A stretch of DNA of 64,000 bases from Octopus vulgaris (GCA_951406725.2 OX597821.1:15872001-15936000), one strand, 5' to 3'; positions 15,631 through 30,234 are shown, numbered from the stretch's first letter. Made by a program: numbers and translations. The notes: generated from the letters alone by a model not told the origin.

Positions 15631-15986
15631 GTTATATATATATATACATATGTTATATATATATACATACATATGTTATATATATATATATAGGTTATAT
15701 ATATATATACATGTTATATATATATATAACATGTTATATATATATACATGTTATATATATATACATGTTATATATATATGTGTTATATTATATACATGTT
15801 ATATATATATATATATAGACATATGTATATATATATATATACATGTCATATATATATATAGACATATGTATGTATATACATGTCATATATATATATAGAC
15901 ATATGTATATATATACATTTATATATATTATATATATATATACATATATATATATTATATATACATATATTATATATACATATATT

Positions 15987-16031
<45 letters not shown>

Positions 16032-16156
16032 TGGCCTCAGCCGGATGGCTGAAACAAGTAAAAGAGTAAAAGAGTATATATATATATTATATATACATAT
16101 ATTATATATACACATATTATACATACATATATTATATATACATATATTTATATATA

Positions 16157-16205
<49 letters not shown>

Positions 16206-16497
16206 ATATATATATATATATATACATACATATACATATATTATATATATATACATATATTATATATATATACATATATTATATATATACATATATTATA
16301 TATATATACATATATTATATATATATACATATATTATATATATATATATATATAATATATATATATATTATATATATATACATATATTATATATATATAT
16401 ACATATATTATATATATATATATACATATATTATATATATATATACATATATTATATATATATAAACATATATTATATATATATAACATATATTATA

Positions 16498-16535
<38 letters not shown>

Positions 16536-16536
16536 C

Positions 16537-16598
<62 letters not shown>

Positions 16599-16660
16599 TT
16601 ATATATATACATACATATATTATATATAGAGAGATATATAGAGATATTTTATATATATAC

Positions 16661-16702
<42 letters not shown>

Positions 16703-16932
16703 CATATATACATATATTATATATATATACATATATATATATATACATATATTATATATATATACATATATATATACATATATTATATATATATACATAT
16801 ATATACGCATATATATATATATACTTATATATATACATATATTATATATATATACATATATATACATATATTATATATATATACATATATATACATATAT
16901 TATATATATATACATATATTATATATATATAC

Positions 16933-16984
<52 letters not shown>

Positions 16985-17659
16985 TATATACATATATTAT
17001 ATATATATATATATATTATTATATATATACATATATATATACATATATTATTATATATATATATATATATATTATTATATCTATACATATATATATACAT
17101 ATATTATATATATATATACATGTATATACGTATATTATATATATACATACATACATTATATATATATACATATATTATATATATATAACATATATATACA
17201 TATATTATATTTATATATATACATATATATATACATATATGATATATATATATACATGTATATACGTATATTATATATATACATACATATATTATATATA
17301 TATACATATATTATATATAGAGAGATATATAGAGATATTTTATATATATATATATTTTATATATACATACATATTATATATATACATACATATATTATAT
17401 ATATATATACATATATTATATATACACATACATATTATTTATATACATACATATATTATATATATACATATATTATATATACACATACATATATTATATA
17501 TATACATACATATATTATATATATATACATACATATATTATATATATACATACATATATTATATATATACATACATATATTATATATATATATACATACA
17601 TATATTATATATACATATACATACATATATTATATACACATACATATATTATATATATT
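14890..17659. repeat. (TA)-derived satellite, left arm
   Basis: ~2.8 kb of TA runs punctuated by tacatatgtt (left part) and tacatatatt (right part) units. Internal duplication tatatagagagatatatagagatatttt at ~16621 and ~17312. Confidence 0.95.
16031..16075 (+). mobile_element. Solo 3' tail of a retroposon related to SINE family A
   Basis: atggcc-tcagcc-ggat-ggctga-aacaagtaaaagagtaaaagag: same terminal gaaacaagtaaaagagtaaaagag as family A but a different hairpin sequence. Confidence 0.75.
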
Positions 17660-17702
17660 GATGAGGAAAGGATGAGGAAAGCATCCAGAGGAAAGCATCC
17701 AA

Positions 17703-18366
17703 ATGGATGAGGAAAGCATCCAGAGCCAAATGGAGAAGCCTGGAACACAGGGAAACGATGGCACATGTCCAGCTTCCAACACCACAACTGAAGACCAAAG
17801 AGGTGCGATGGCCGCCAGAAAGGAAAGGCACCCTGGAATTGATGGGAAGCAGGAGGTAAAGGGTGACAGAATCAAGGCTAAGGGAAGCGCTGTCCAGAGA
17901 AAGCAGATGGACCCCAGCAAAAACTGTAAGGCAGGGAAAGAAACACCTGCAAATTCTACCTGAGGAGGGACTGCTGGTACGGCGTCGAAGGTGCAAACTG
18001 TCGCTTTGCACATCGGAGGCCCTACCAAAACCGCACGGACGCGAGACAGAGGTCCCTCCCTCAGGGAGAACAAAGACAAAAAGAAAAGTTAAAAGAGGGG
18101 AAAAAAACGCACTGACCACTACTGAAAGACGGTATGCAGATGTGGTGCGCGGAAGCCCGACAGGTGGCCAGCTTCACCCAGATGTGAGAAGGGCGGCAGC
18201 TGAACAGCAATCTTTTTTGTGTATGGCACAAAAAATTGTTCAGCAACTGACCTGGCTACAAGCACAAAGCTGGAACTACCACCACATAAGGCCACCTCCA
18301 ACAGATGCAGGATGGCCACCACAGACACCAACACCAACACACACACCACAAAAATATTTCTACTGA
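17703..18366 (+). pseudogene. LINE ORF1 C-terminal remnant (frameshifted) with CCCH zinc finger
   Basis: CKFYLRRDCWYGVEGANCRFAH at 17948-18013 in a frame absent from the ORF track. Downstream frame has RRYADVVRG and a P/Q-rich end overlapping the ORF2 start. Confidence 0.65.
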
Positions 18367-21260
18367 ATGTAGGAGGGCTGCTGCGCGGAAACTGTAAAAA
18401 GAAAATTTCATTCCTGAGAGACCTTGTGACATGCAATCAAGCTATATGCATGGCACTCACAGAAACGCATCTTGAACCCGATATAGGTGATGCAGAAATA
18501 CACATGCCGCAATATGCAGTCATACGCACAGATAGAAAAGGGAGGAGCCATGGTGGAGTTGCAATGTACATACGAGATGACCTCACGCCCCAGGTCCTGC
18601 TGTCATATTCAAACTCAGTATGTGAAACTCAAATTGTACACATAAGACAACTGAATATCGTCATATGCACTACATATCGCCCACCAGATGCCCCAAAACA
18701 CTCAGGCATGTTTGAAGACTGCCTAACAAAAATAGGAGTCCCTGCTCCATCTCCCCAATGTGGAATGGCCTGGGGGCAAATGCCTCAGCAGGCACAGGTG
18801 GAGTCCCTGCTCCATCTCACAAATGCCTCTTTCATGGAGCAAATAGTTCTGCAACCAACAAGGGCAGATAATATACTGGATCTCTGCTTCACAAACAATA
18901 TGGATATTATCCATAATGTTAATGTGATGCCGACAATGATCTCGGATCACAACATAATAGAGCTGTCTATGTATGGAACAAAAGCCCCCGCAGACACACA
19001 GCCTATACGAAGCACCCACCATCTCTCCAACTTAAACTTTCATAAAGCCAACTGGAAGTCGATTGAGAAAGAGATCCTCAAACAGGATTGGCCTGAATGT
19101 CTCTCCACACCGGACATAAACATGAAACACAAACAATTCATATCCATAATACAAGCCATATGTGACAAATATGTCCCAATGTGCAGCTCCAGCACACACA
19201 AGAACAAAAACAGGATCCCTAGAGAAAGGAGGATTCTTATGAGACGACGGACAAGGATTGCAAACCGCCTGAGCAAGCACACCAAAAGTGGTGAGAAGTG
19301 TCGGCTCGAAAGAATGCTAATGGAAACTGAGAAAAGTCTACATCAGTCCCATGAAAAGGAGAGAGCAGATAAAGAAGCATGGGTAATATAAAATATAAAA
19401 TCAAACCCTAAAGCTTTCTTTAAGTTTGCCAAAGAGACAGCCACAGTGCACCAGAGAATAGGACCTCTCTTCCAAAAAGATGGCTCTCTCACAGGAAATC
19501 CCACGAGGATAAGTGAAATACTGAACGAACAGTTCCAAAGTGTGTTCACTACACCTCTAGGACACAGGCAAGTAAACAACCCAGAAGAATTCTTTGCCAC
19601 TTTACCAGCGGCCAAAGAGACAAAAATTGAGTACATCAACATCGAAGATGATGATATCACACTAGCCATTGATGAGATTGACACAAACTCAGCTGCTGGA
19701 CCTGATGGATTCCCAGCGATCCTTCTCAAATCGTGCAAACGAACCCTTGCAAAACCGCTACATCTTCTTTTTCAGAGCTTTCTTGCAAGTGGCAAGCTCC
19801 CAGTCAAACTGAAAGAGGGGGTAATATGCCCTATCCATAAGGGAGGTAGCAGAGCAGATGCTAAAAATTATAGGCCTATCTCTCTGACCTCACACATCAG
19901 CAAAGTCATGGAACGAATAGTCCGTAAGAAACTAATCATGTTCCTTGAAGAAAATGACTTACTGTCTGACACCCAGCATGGATTTCGACGAGGTAGAGGC
20001 TGCCTAACACAGCTCCTGCAACACTATGACTGGGTGTTGAAACAGCTACTAAATGGCTCAAATGTGGATGTAATATATCTCGACTTTGCAAAAGCCTTTG
20101 ATAAAGTCGACCATGGTATGATCTGTCACAAACTGCGTGGTCTCGGCATAGGCGGGAAACTTGGAGAGTAGATGCACAACTTCCTAAAAGACAAAAAACA
20201 GGCAGTTGTGAGCAATGGAGCCACCTCCAAGGAAACGCAAATAACAAGCGGTGTCCCACAGGGCACTGTCTTGGGGCCACTGATGTTCATAGTGGCCCTT
20301 TCAGACATGCCTTCAGTTGCTACGATGACCACCCTTGCTAGCTATGCAGATGACACAAAAGTCTCTCGCGCAATACAAAACCCTGAAAATATTGCGCATC
20401 TGCAACATGAGCTGGACACAATATACAGGTGGGCTGAGGACAACAACATGCAGTTTAATGCAGGCAAGTTCCAGGCCCTGTGCTACTGGCACACAAAGGT
20501 AAATGACGTGAAGACTGGATACACTGGCCTACGAAGAATTGCAATCCCTGAGTCAAAATCAGTGCGTGACCTGGGCATTGACATGAAGCAATGATGCATC
20601 TTTCCAAATGCATAATGCTAATCTGGTGATAAAATGCAGACGGCTAGCTGGATGGATTCTCCGAACTTTCAGAACAAGAGAGAAGGAGACACTGATGGTC
20701 CTATGGAAAACATTCGTCCTCAGCCGCTTGGACTACTGCTCCCAACTTTGGTCACCACACAATATAAAACAAACAGCAGAACTCGAAGCAACTCAGAGAA
20801 GCTACACAAAGAAAATCGTCTCAATGCAAAATGTCAGCTACTGGGAAAGACTGAAGGTATTAAACCTCTTCTCCCTGGAGCGGAGGCGGGAGAGATATGC
20901 AGTGATATACATCTGGAAAATCCTGGAGGGTCTTGTGCCAAACTTTGGCATTCAAAGTTACTCCAACCGCAGAACGGGGCGCGCTGCGTGGTGCCAAGGA
21001 TTCTAACATCACCATCAAAATACAGGTCCAGATACTGCAACAGCTTGGGTTTCAGAGGACCACAGCTCTTTAACATCCTCCCTAAATGCCAGAGAGACTT
21101 ACATGGTGTGGATGTGGGTTTCTTTAAAACTAAACTGGATCTCTTCTTGTTGGGAGTCCCAGATGAACCTACCTCACGACAGGAGACACGGATGCGGGCA
21201 GCAGCATCGAGCTCCCTTGTTGATCAAGTGCCACGTATCAGAGGTGGATTCAAAAACTAG
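18312..21260 (+). pseudogene. LINE ORF2 endonuclease/reverse transcriptase pseudogene
   Basis: APE: LLNVGGL, ALTETHL, RTDRKGRSHGGVAMYI, YRPP, PTRADNILDL, SDHN. RT: AAGPDG, NYRPISLTSHISKVMERIV, QHGFR, LDFAKAFDKVDH, SGVPQGTVLGP, YADD. C-terminus: SRLDYCSQLWSP, LERRRERY. Stops at 19389 and 20169, frameshifts near 20585 and 20980, GDFN motif lost near 18740. Confidence 0.92.
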
Positions 21261-21339
21261 TGTAGCTCATTCAGCGGTGGTGCCCCAGCATGGCCGCGGC
21301 CTTCGGTCTGATACATTTTTAAGGATTTTAAGGATTTAT

Positions 21340-23705
<2,366 letters not shown>

Positions 23706-24357
23706 CATACCTATATACATACATTCATATATGTTCTAGCTACAAATCTTTGCGAAAGCAGCTATTTGCTGCTTACTTGAAATTAAAAGAGACATGGATT
23801 AAAGCCGGATTAAACAATAACGAAAAGTCGATAATACTAAGAAATCATAACAAACAATTAAAATCCACATTTCGAAATTGTCGTAATTGTTGGAATCAGT
23901 TAGTCTCTATGGATTAAAAAAGATTAATGCATATTAAGAACATTTTCCAATATTAGGTTTTCGAGTGTTGTTTATGCTAACTAGGATAGGTAAAGATGTT
24001 TGAATTTAGTAAACGAGGAATAGTTCCTACTAGAACGAATGCTTCTTCCTGAACAGTTACACTATTCAGGTTTTGCATTGCAACATTCTAATTACACATT
24101 GATATTTTGAAGTAGATATTTTTATAGAGGTCTCGATATCATTTTCGATGAAAAAAACCTCTTTTTTAAATATAGAAAGTTACTGACATTTTAATAAAAT
24201 ATATATTACACTAGATAAAACGTCTAATCAGGCGTCAGAGTAGACGTTAGGCAATGAGTAATGAAAAGGAGTATGACAAAACCTAATTGTGTTAAAAGAG
24301 ACACAAAAAATTAGAAGTTATTTTGTCCAATACTCTAGCATATATCTATCTATCTAT

Positions 24358-24994
24358 ATCGTTAATATCGTCACGCCTACTTCCTTCAAACGGGAAGAAC
24401 GAACTATTTTTATCATATTTGTGGCTATGGCGAAAGAATGTATCTGGTGGACGCGCCTGAAAGGATTAGAGACAAACACTTTCCTCTCTGGTCAATCTCT
24501 CATCAACTTCTTAAGTATCACTTGAAGAGGAAAGTGAGAGTAGAGAGGCAAGTTTTGTCTAGGGAATGTTTTAAAAAAAGATGGGTGAATGTAGCAAGGA
24601 TGGCGCGTATGAATGACGAAGCCACCTTGACTATGATTCTATGAACCGTATAAACTAATACAGAGAGTTGCTTATTAGTAAAAATAAAAGAAATATAACA
24701 TGTGACTTCATAGACCGAGGTTACCGTAGTCTTTTCCGTAGGCTTTCTTTCCACGGGTAAACCTCACCTGTCGTCCCCTTTACACTTCATATTGACATTT
24801 TTGTGATAACGATCCCTATTGATCAAATTTCTCCCCCTCCTTTTTATTTTATTCCCCCTTTTTTTGTCCTCTTTCTTTCCCTTTACGATACCTTTTGATC
24901 CAAAACCAAACCCCCTTTTTTTACCCCCAAAAGAAAAGCTCTACCTTGTAATTTGTCCTGTGTGTGTGCAGCCCTGTGTGGCTAATAAAGAAAT
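24358..24994 (+). mobile_element. 3' end of a Tx1/L1-type LINE (ORF2 C-terminus + 3'UTR)
   Basis: IVNIVTP...FVAMAKECIWWTRLKGL...SGQSLINF / KYHLKRKVRVERQVLSRECFKKRW with one frameshift; pyrimidine-rich UTR ending aataaagaaat; (TATC)n on both sides. Clade assignment is from motif recall. Confidence 0.65.
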
Positions 24995-24999
24995 ATATC

Positions 25000-25030
<31 letters not shown>

Positions 25031-25429
25031 TTGATGCTGCTATCAAATGTATTGAAGCAATATATGCATATGTAACTATGTGTAACCCAGGGCTATATAT
25101 ACAAATATACGCACATATCCGCATAGACGCATACATATATGTATGTATACCATTATTCGGTTTTATCTCAAGAATTTTTCCAATACAGAATGAGCCGGTT
25201 TCTAATCTAGATCCGAGATTACTTCATTGGAATTTCAACATCAACTGCAGGGTATGAATGTATGCATGCATGCATGTATGTATGTATGTATTTATATATG
25301 TATGTATGCATGTATATATATATATGTATGCATGTATATATGTATGTGTATTTGCAAAGCTGTATATTTTGTTTTATGCATTTACTCTCATGCATACAGT
25401 TATATATATCTAGACATGCTCATATATAT

Positions 25430-26400
25430 TTAAAAGATAAACGTCTGGAAATTTTTACAGACTTTTGCAGCTCCAGTGATGGTTTGGATCTGTAGTCTTC
25501 GAATTAGCTTTCTTCTTGGTTTTAAGAAGCCTAATTTCTAAGATTCTTATTTAAGCAGTATGGTATCTATCCATGGGCCCCAATAATTACAGGTATAAAC
25601 CTGAACTTGTAATCTGGACAGGGTAACTGCAGATTTCTCAATAGGTCAGCATAGGTATTCTCTTTTACACTGATCGTCAGCTTTATGCTTATATCCGCTG
25701 GGCTGCTAATTTCCACAACCATGCAGTTTCTTCTCTATCCCAAATCATTATATCAGCTCTCTTATGCTTACGTTTTAGTGAGGTTTTCACTGGAACATTC
25801 CACTAGTACTTCATTTTATCATGATTGTCTATGGCTTCTTCCATACTGTGGGTTTCTATTTCTTTCTCCTTGGGGTTATCCTGCCGTCAGATTTCATTAT
25901 AGAGTGACCCAGCTACAACGTCCTTTCTCATCGGTAAGTAATATCGTGATAACATCTTCGGATAACTATTTATATTGTGGGTGATGTCTACGTTGTTAAC
26001 TCCACAAAGTTGGCAACGGTGTGACATTTATGCTAATATCCGCTGGGCAGCTAATTTCCACAACCGCTCATCACTATTCCTTTTGTGCATCAGGTATTTG
26101 GTTGATATTTACTGTTCTCAGATCGCAAATACATATCCTTCAAAGTGGGAGGTAGTAAACCGGCTAGTGTTCCATACTAAAATATCCGTGCATAGTCTTT
26201 TGCTCATATATGCTTACCCTTATATCTGATGATACGTTGCGCTGCAGTCAGTCGTGCAATTTCTGTGGGTGTGTATTTAAAGTTATCAGACAAGGAATGG
26301 TGGTTAAAGAGCTGTCTTCCAAGTCTTATGATGTTATCAGCCTCATGTATGCAAATTTGGTCAATTGGTGCACTTTGACACATGGCGGTTAAAATAATTT
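25430..26400 (-). mobile_element. Decayed R4/Dong/NeSL-type non-LTR retrotransposon remnant(s), REL endonuclease region
   Basis: Minus-strand translation WNVPVKTSLKRKHKRADIMIWD...CMVVEISSPADI (decayed RPD/PD-(D/E)xK region). Piece tttatgctaatatccgctgggcagctaatttccacaacc occurs twice (~25682 and ~26027). Confidence 0.7.
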
Positions 26401-26487
26401 ACCGAAGGGATATGACACGACATTCAAAGGCACTTTGGATCGATATTATACCTCAGCAGCCCTGTTTTCGTTTTAAGTAGAGGCGGT

Positions 26488-26537
26488 AACGCAACGTTTC
26501 GGCTAATGTATACCCTCCAACCTTCATCAGGTGTCTT
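26488..26537 (-). ncRNA. Minimal type I hammerhead ribozyme motif (Penelope-type), core intact
   Basis: CUGAUGA and GAAA boxes intact; helix II ggttg/tagcc (with G-U pairs); helix III reduced to palindromic AACGUU; helix I gacac/gcgtt (one mismatch). Confidence 0.65.
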
Positions 26538-26676
26538 TTTGAGAACCTAGGTTCTCATTCCTAAGGAATTTTTCGATATTATTATTATTATTATTTTTAT
26601 TCAGGTCGCTGCCTGGTATCGAACTCGGAATCTTGCGGTTAGTAGCCTGCGCTCTTAACCACTACGCCATATGCCC
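26488..26676 (-). mobile_element. tRNA-derived SINE-like element (family D) with hammerhead ribozyme, copy 1
   Basis: Minus strand: gggcatatggcgtagtggttaagagcgc...gagttcgataccaggc (A box TGGCGTAGTGG, B box GTTCGATAC), (AAT)n linker, then gacac-CTGATGA-aggttg..tagcc-GAAA-cg-tt-gcgtt. Confidence 0.75.
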
Positions 26677-26720
26677 GTTCGATTCTTGGCAGTAACCTGA
26701 ATAATAATAATAATAATAAC

Positions 26721-26781
<61 letters not shown>

Positions 26782-26960
26782 TCGAAAAATACCTTGGGAA
26801 AATTTCGAAAATGAGTTCTCATTCCTAAGACACCCGATGAAGGCTGGAGGATATATCAGCCAAAATGTTGTGTTAACAACAAACAGGATGAGAACAAATA
26901 TCCGTCAAAGGCAATTAATGTAAATAAGGTACATAATTCATCATCTCTGAAATATAGAAC
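26677..26960 (+). mobile_element. tRNA-derived SINE-like element (family D), copy 2, head-to-head with copy 1
   Basis: Starts at the B box (gttcgattcttggcagtaacctga), (AAT)n 26700-26781, then gacac-CCGATGA-aggctg..cagcc-AAAA-tgtt-gtgtt (core mutated, helices I and II intact) and a longer 3' tail. Confidence 0.7.
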
Positions 26961-27175
26961 GATTTTGAAATGTTTACAGTTCCAGTGATGGCGTGGATCT
27001 GTAATCTTAGAAGCAGCTTTCTCCTTTCTGTTTTTGAGAAGATTATTTGTCCTAGATCGGTATTTAAGCAGTGTGTTACGTATCTCAGTGCCCTAATAAT
27101 TACAAGTATAAACATGATTTTGTAATCTGGATAGGCTAACTGTAGATTTCGCAGCCTAGTCATTTTCTTTTTCAA
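26960..27175 (-). mobile_element. R4/Dong/NeSL-type LINE C-terminal fragment
   Basis: LRNLQLAYPDYKIMFILVIIRALRYV...ERRKLLLRLQIHAITGTV; paralogous to 25430-25650. Confidence 0.7.
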
Positions 27176-28418
27176 CGATCTTTATGACATACTAATTCAA
27201 TTTTTTCTTCTGTATTTATTCTCAACAATGATTGAACGATATTCTACGCCACAACTTTGATTATGATTATATAATTTCTCAGGGTAACGTATCACTTACT
27301 CTCCTTCCGTTAACTTGTTGTTCTAGTTTACAATACTAAATGTTTCGATTGCATTCCTGACACTTCTACTTCTTTATGCACTTTCAGATATGCATCTTTT
27401 ATCTTTAGAAAATGTGCAAATGTGTAAAATCAGTGTACTGGAAACGACGAACCTAATATACCTGCATGAATATTAACTGCATGAAGTCCATAGTTCCCTG
27501 TTATATATGAGCGTTTGTTCCTTTTTTTCTGTGTAGGTATTTTAGTGCATGCGTGTGTGTGTGTGTGTATGTACGCGTGCGTGCATTTGACTAGATGTAC
27601 ACTTCTACAATACTCCGAAATCGATCATATACGGTTGAGCATCTATCTATTTAGTGATATTGCTGGTTTAGAAGACAGGCAGCTACTCAAGACTACCTGA
27701 CGTATACTCTATAATTATAACTTTTTCATTCCCAAATTTTGGATCTACTTTCAGTTATCATATATTTCAATAATTTGTGTGGATATTTTCAGTAACTACG
27801 CGGTTAAATTCATTGGAGAAAGTTGGAGAAACTTTCACCTACGACTACACTTCTAATATATATATATAGAGAGAGGTATGTGTGTGTGCGTACACACAGA
27901 ATAATATGTTTTAATTATTTCAGATCGTTGATTTTAGGAACAACAGGAATATAATAAAACAGCTGTATTCGATGTTATTATAGATCATCATTTCTCTCGA
28001 ATGTCTCAGATACTATAGCTTCAGTTGTTTTTTCTTTTCGCCTTTTCATTTTTACCACTCTGCTACATCTTAAACAGTAAAATGTAGTAATGTGGAAACC
28101 AATATGGTCGTAAATAATAACGTATCAGTGAATAACGAGATCCCTCTGGAGAATACTTTTCCTAGTACAGCATTGCAGAGTATGAACTAATAAATTATAT
28201 TAAAAGAAACGTAATACTGACATAGACGACAATAGGTTATTATCTATAGATCCAAGCAAAAACATTGTCTGTCACAAGCACACATTTTCATATATACACA
28301 TTTAATGCGTCTACATGTTCATATGTATGCATATATGCCACCACCCAAATATATATATATATGAAAGAATGGAACATACGAGAATTTATTATTTATCACG
28401 ACATATATATCACCACCA

Positions 28419-28465
<47 letters not shown>

Positions 28466-28859
28466 TGTGTGTGTGTGTCCGTGAGCACACACACGGATAT
28501 TTAAACATTATCAGTGGGTATTTTTAGTTTGTGCATTTATAAATGATGTACATCAAATGTTTTTTGTATTCTTGAACTACAACGGTCGTGTTGTATGTAT
28601 ATCAGAGCATGTCTGTATTTTTGTGAATGTTTTAGCTGATTGTTTTGGGGTTCACAAAGATGAGATATAAATCGCTTATCTAAGTAATTAGCTTCAGCAT
28701 TTACAAGTTTGAAAGATTACTTTCTTCAATTCATTAATTTTAACTGCAGTGATATAAAATCCGTGAAATGTAGTAGACTTCGAACTTGCTAATTTGCATT
28801 CGAGTTATAAAATTTTCGAAAATAATTTAAATCCGTGTAAATAATAAAATATGTATATT

Positions 28860-28906
28860 CAAAATATATATGGAAGGAAGCGCACAATATACATACATAT
28901 AATCGT

Positions 28907-28952
<46 letters not shown>

Positions 28953-29125
28953 GTGTATATATGCAATACATACATATGTATATGCATACACAGATATATG
29001 TATATGCATACACAGATACATGTACATATATATATAATATGCATATACACACATAAATATACACAATCATATATATATATATACATACATACATACATAC
29101 GTAACTAGTTGCATATATATATATA
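28860..29125. repeat. (CA)/(TA)/(TACA) compound array
   Basis: Directly visible. Confidence 0.85.
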
Positions 29126-30182
29126 TGGATTAATTAAGAAATGGAGTCAAACACATATGTTGTTCAAATCATGTATACTTCCAACATATGTTTTGAAAAA
29201 CCATTGAAATTGTTCCGGGGGGAAAATGTAAAACAATACAAATAACTCATCAGGGATATAAAGGAACAAAACACGTCAATAAGCTATTTTAACAGAATGT
29301 GATTACTGCGTACGTAAGCATGTGTTGTCAGGAGAACGCTAGCAAGTTTATTTAAGAAGCCGTTAATAGATTTAACGTCAAAGGTAAATTAGAGAAAGAG
29401 AAGGAAGTGAAAGAAAGAAATTAGGAATGGAAAAATATAATGTGATAGATGAATAGGAATAAAGTTTAACAGCGTGCAAATAGATATATGCAATGGAAAT
29501 GAAATGTAAGAAGAAAGATAGGGTCGAATTTTATAGATTGGTATAAATTATTTATTGGAACTAAAATTATGCTTTTGTCATTGTTTACAACGATGAACGC
29601 GTTTACAAGAGTATTCGTCGAGAAAAGGATGAAACATAGCTCTTCGTTACAGATTTACCTGTGTCATATGGGAAAGACCTAGATAGAATTTTCCATTCCA
29701 AAGCGTATGTTCCTTTAGAGACCAAATTGATTTACTATGCCCAGTATTGATGCTGTTTCTGATATGTCTATATATATAATAATGGTTAAATATCATTTTC
29801 GAAAACTGGGACGAGGGGCTACCTATATATAAATGACAACAGAACTGGATGTAATTGCACATTGACAAACAGAGTCTCTAGTCCTGCTAAGGAAACGAAT
29901 TCGATTCGAATATATATCAGAAATATTAATACTGCTGATATAATTGTTCAAATGAATGGTTACCGACAATAATAACACCGTTATTATTTTCATTAAGTGG
30001 ATTCGTAGTTAAAAATTTATGGCTATGTGAAGAAATGATTTGTGATAAGTTTTTGGTGTTTGAAGAACCCATCCTAATTCGGTGTGAATTGATATTCGAC
30101 TTCTGACTGACTTCTTATATTTCATTTCCACTACATATATCTATTTCGACGCTTTTATGCTTTATTGCTATTCATCTATCAC

Positions 30183-30234
<52 letters not shown>

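Larger units (their letters stand above)
17660..21339 (+). mobile_element. 5'-truncated LINE (APE endonuclease + RT; CR1/L2 group), disabled
   Basis: ORF1 remnant, ORF2 with APE and RT motifs, short 3'UTR with hairpin and (ttttaagga)n tail. Sharp GC-content boundaries against the flanking TA satellite. Confidence 0.93.

Noticed and set aside
14944-17675. Long Y/I/H-rich ORFs (also 21103-22564, 11349-11845, 10686-11199 and many others)
   Set aside because: Stop-poor translations of (TA)n, (CA)n and (GATA)n repeats; no coding signal.
17630-18436. Minus-strand ORFs of 100-156 aa
   Set aside because: Antisense shadows of the LINE coding region.
26601-26676. tRNA gene call (likewise the tRNA-like heads at ~56620-56695, 51216 and 58565)
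   Set aside because: A/B boxes are present but acceptor stems do not pair well and each runs into a repeat body; these are SINE heads.
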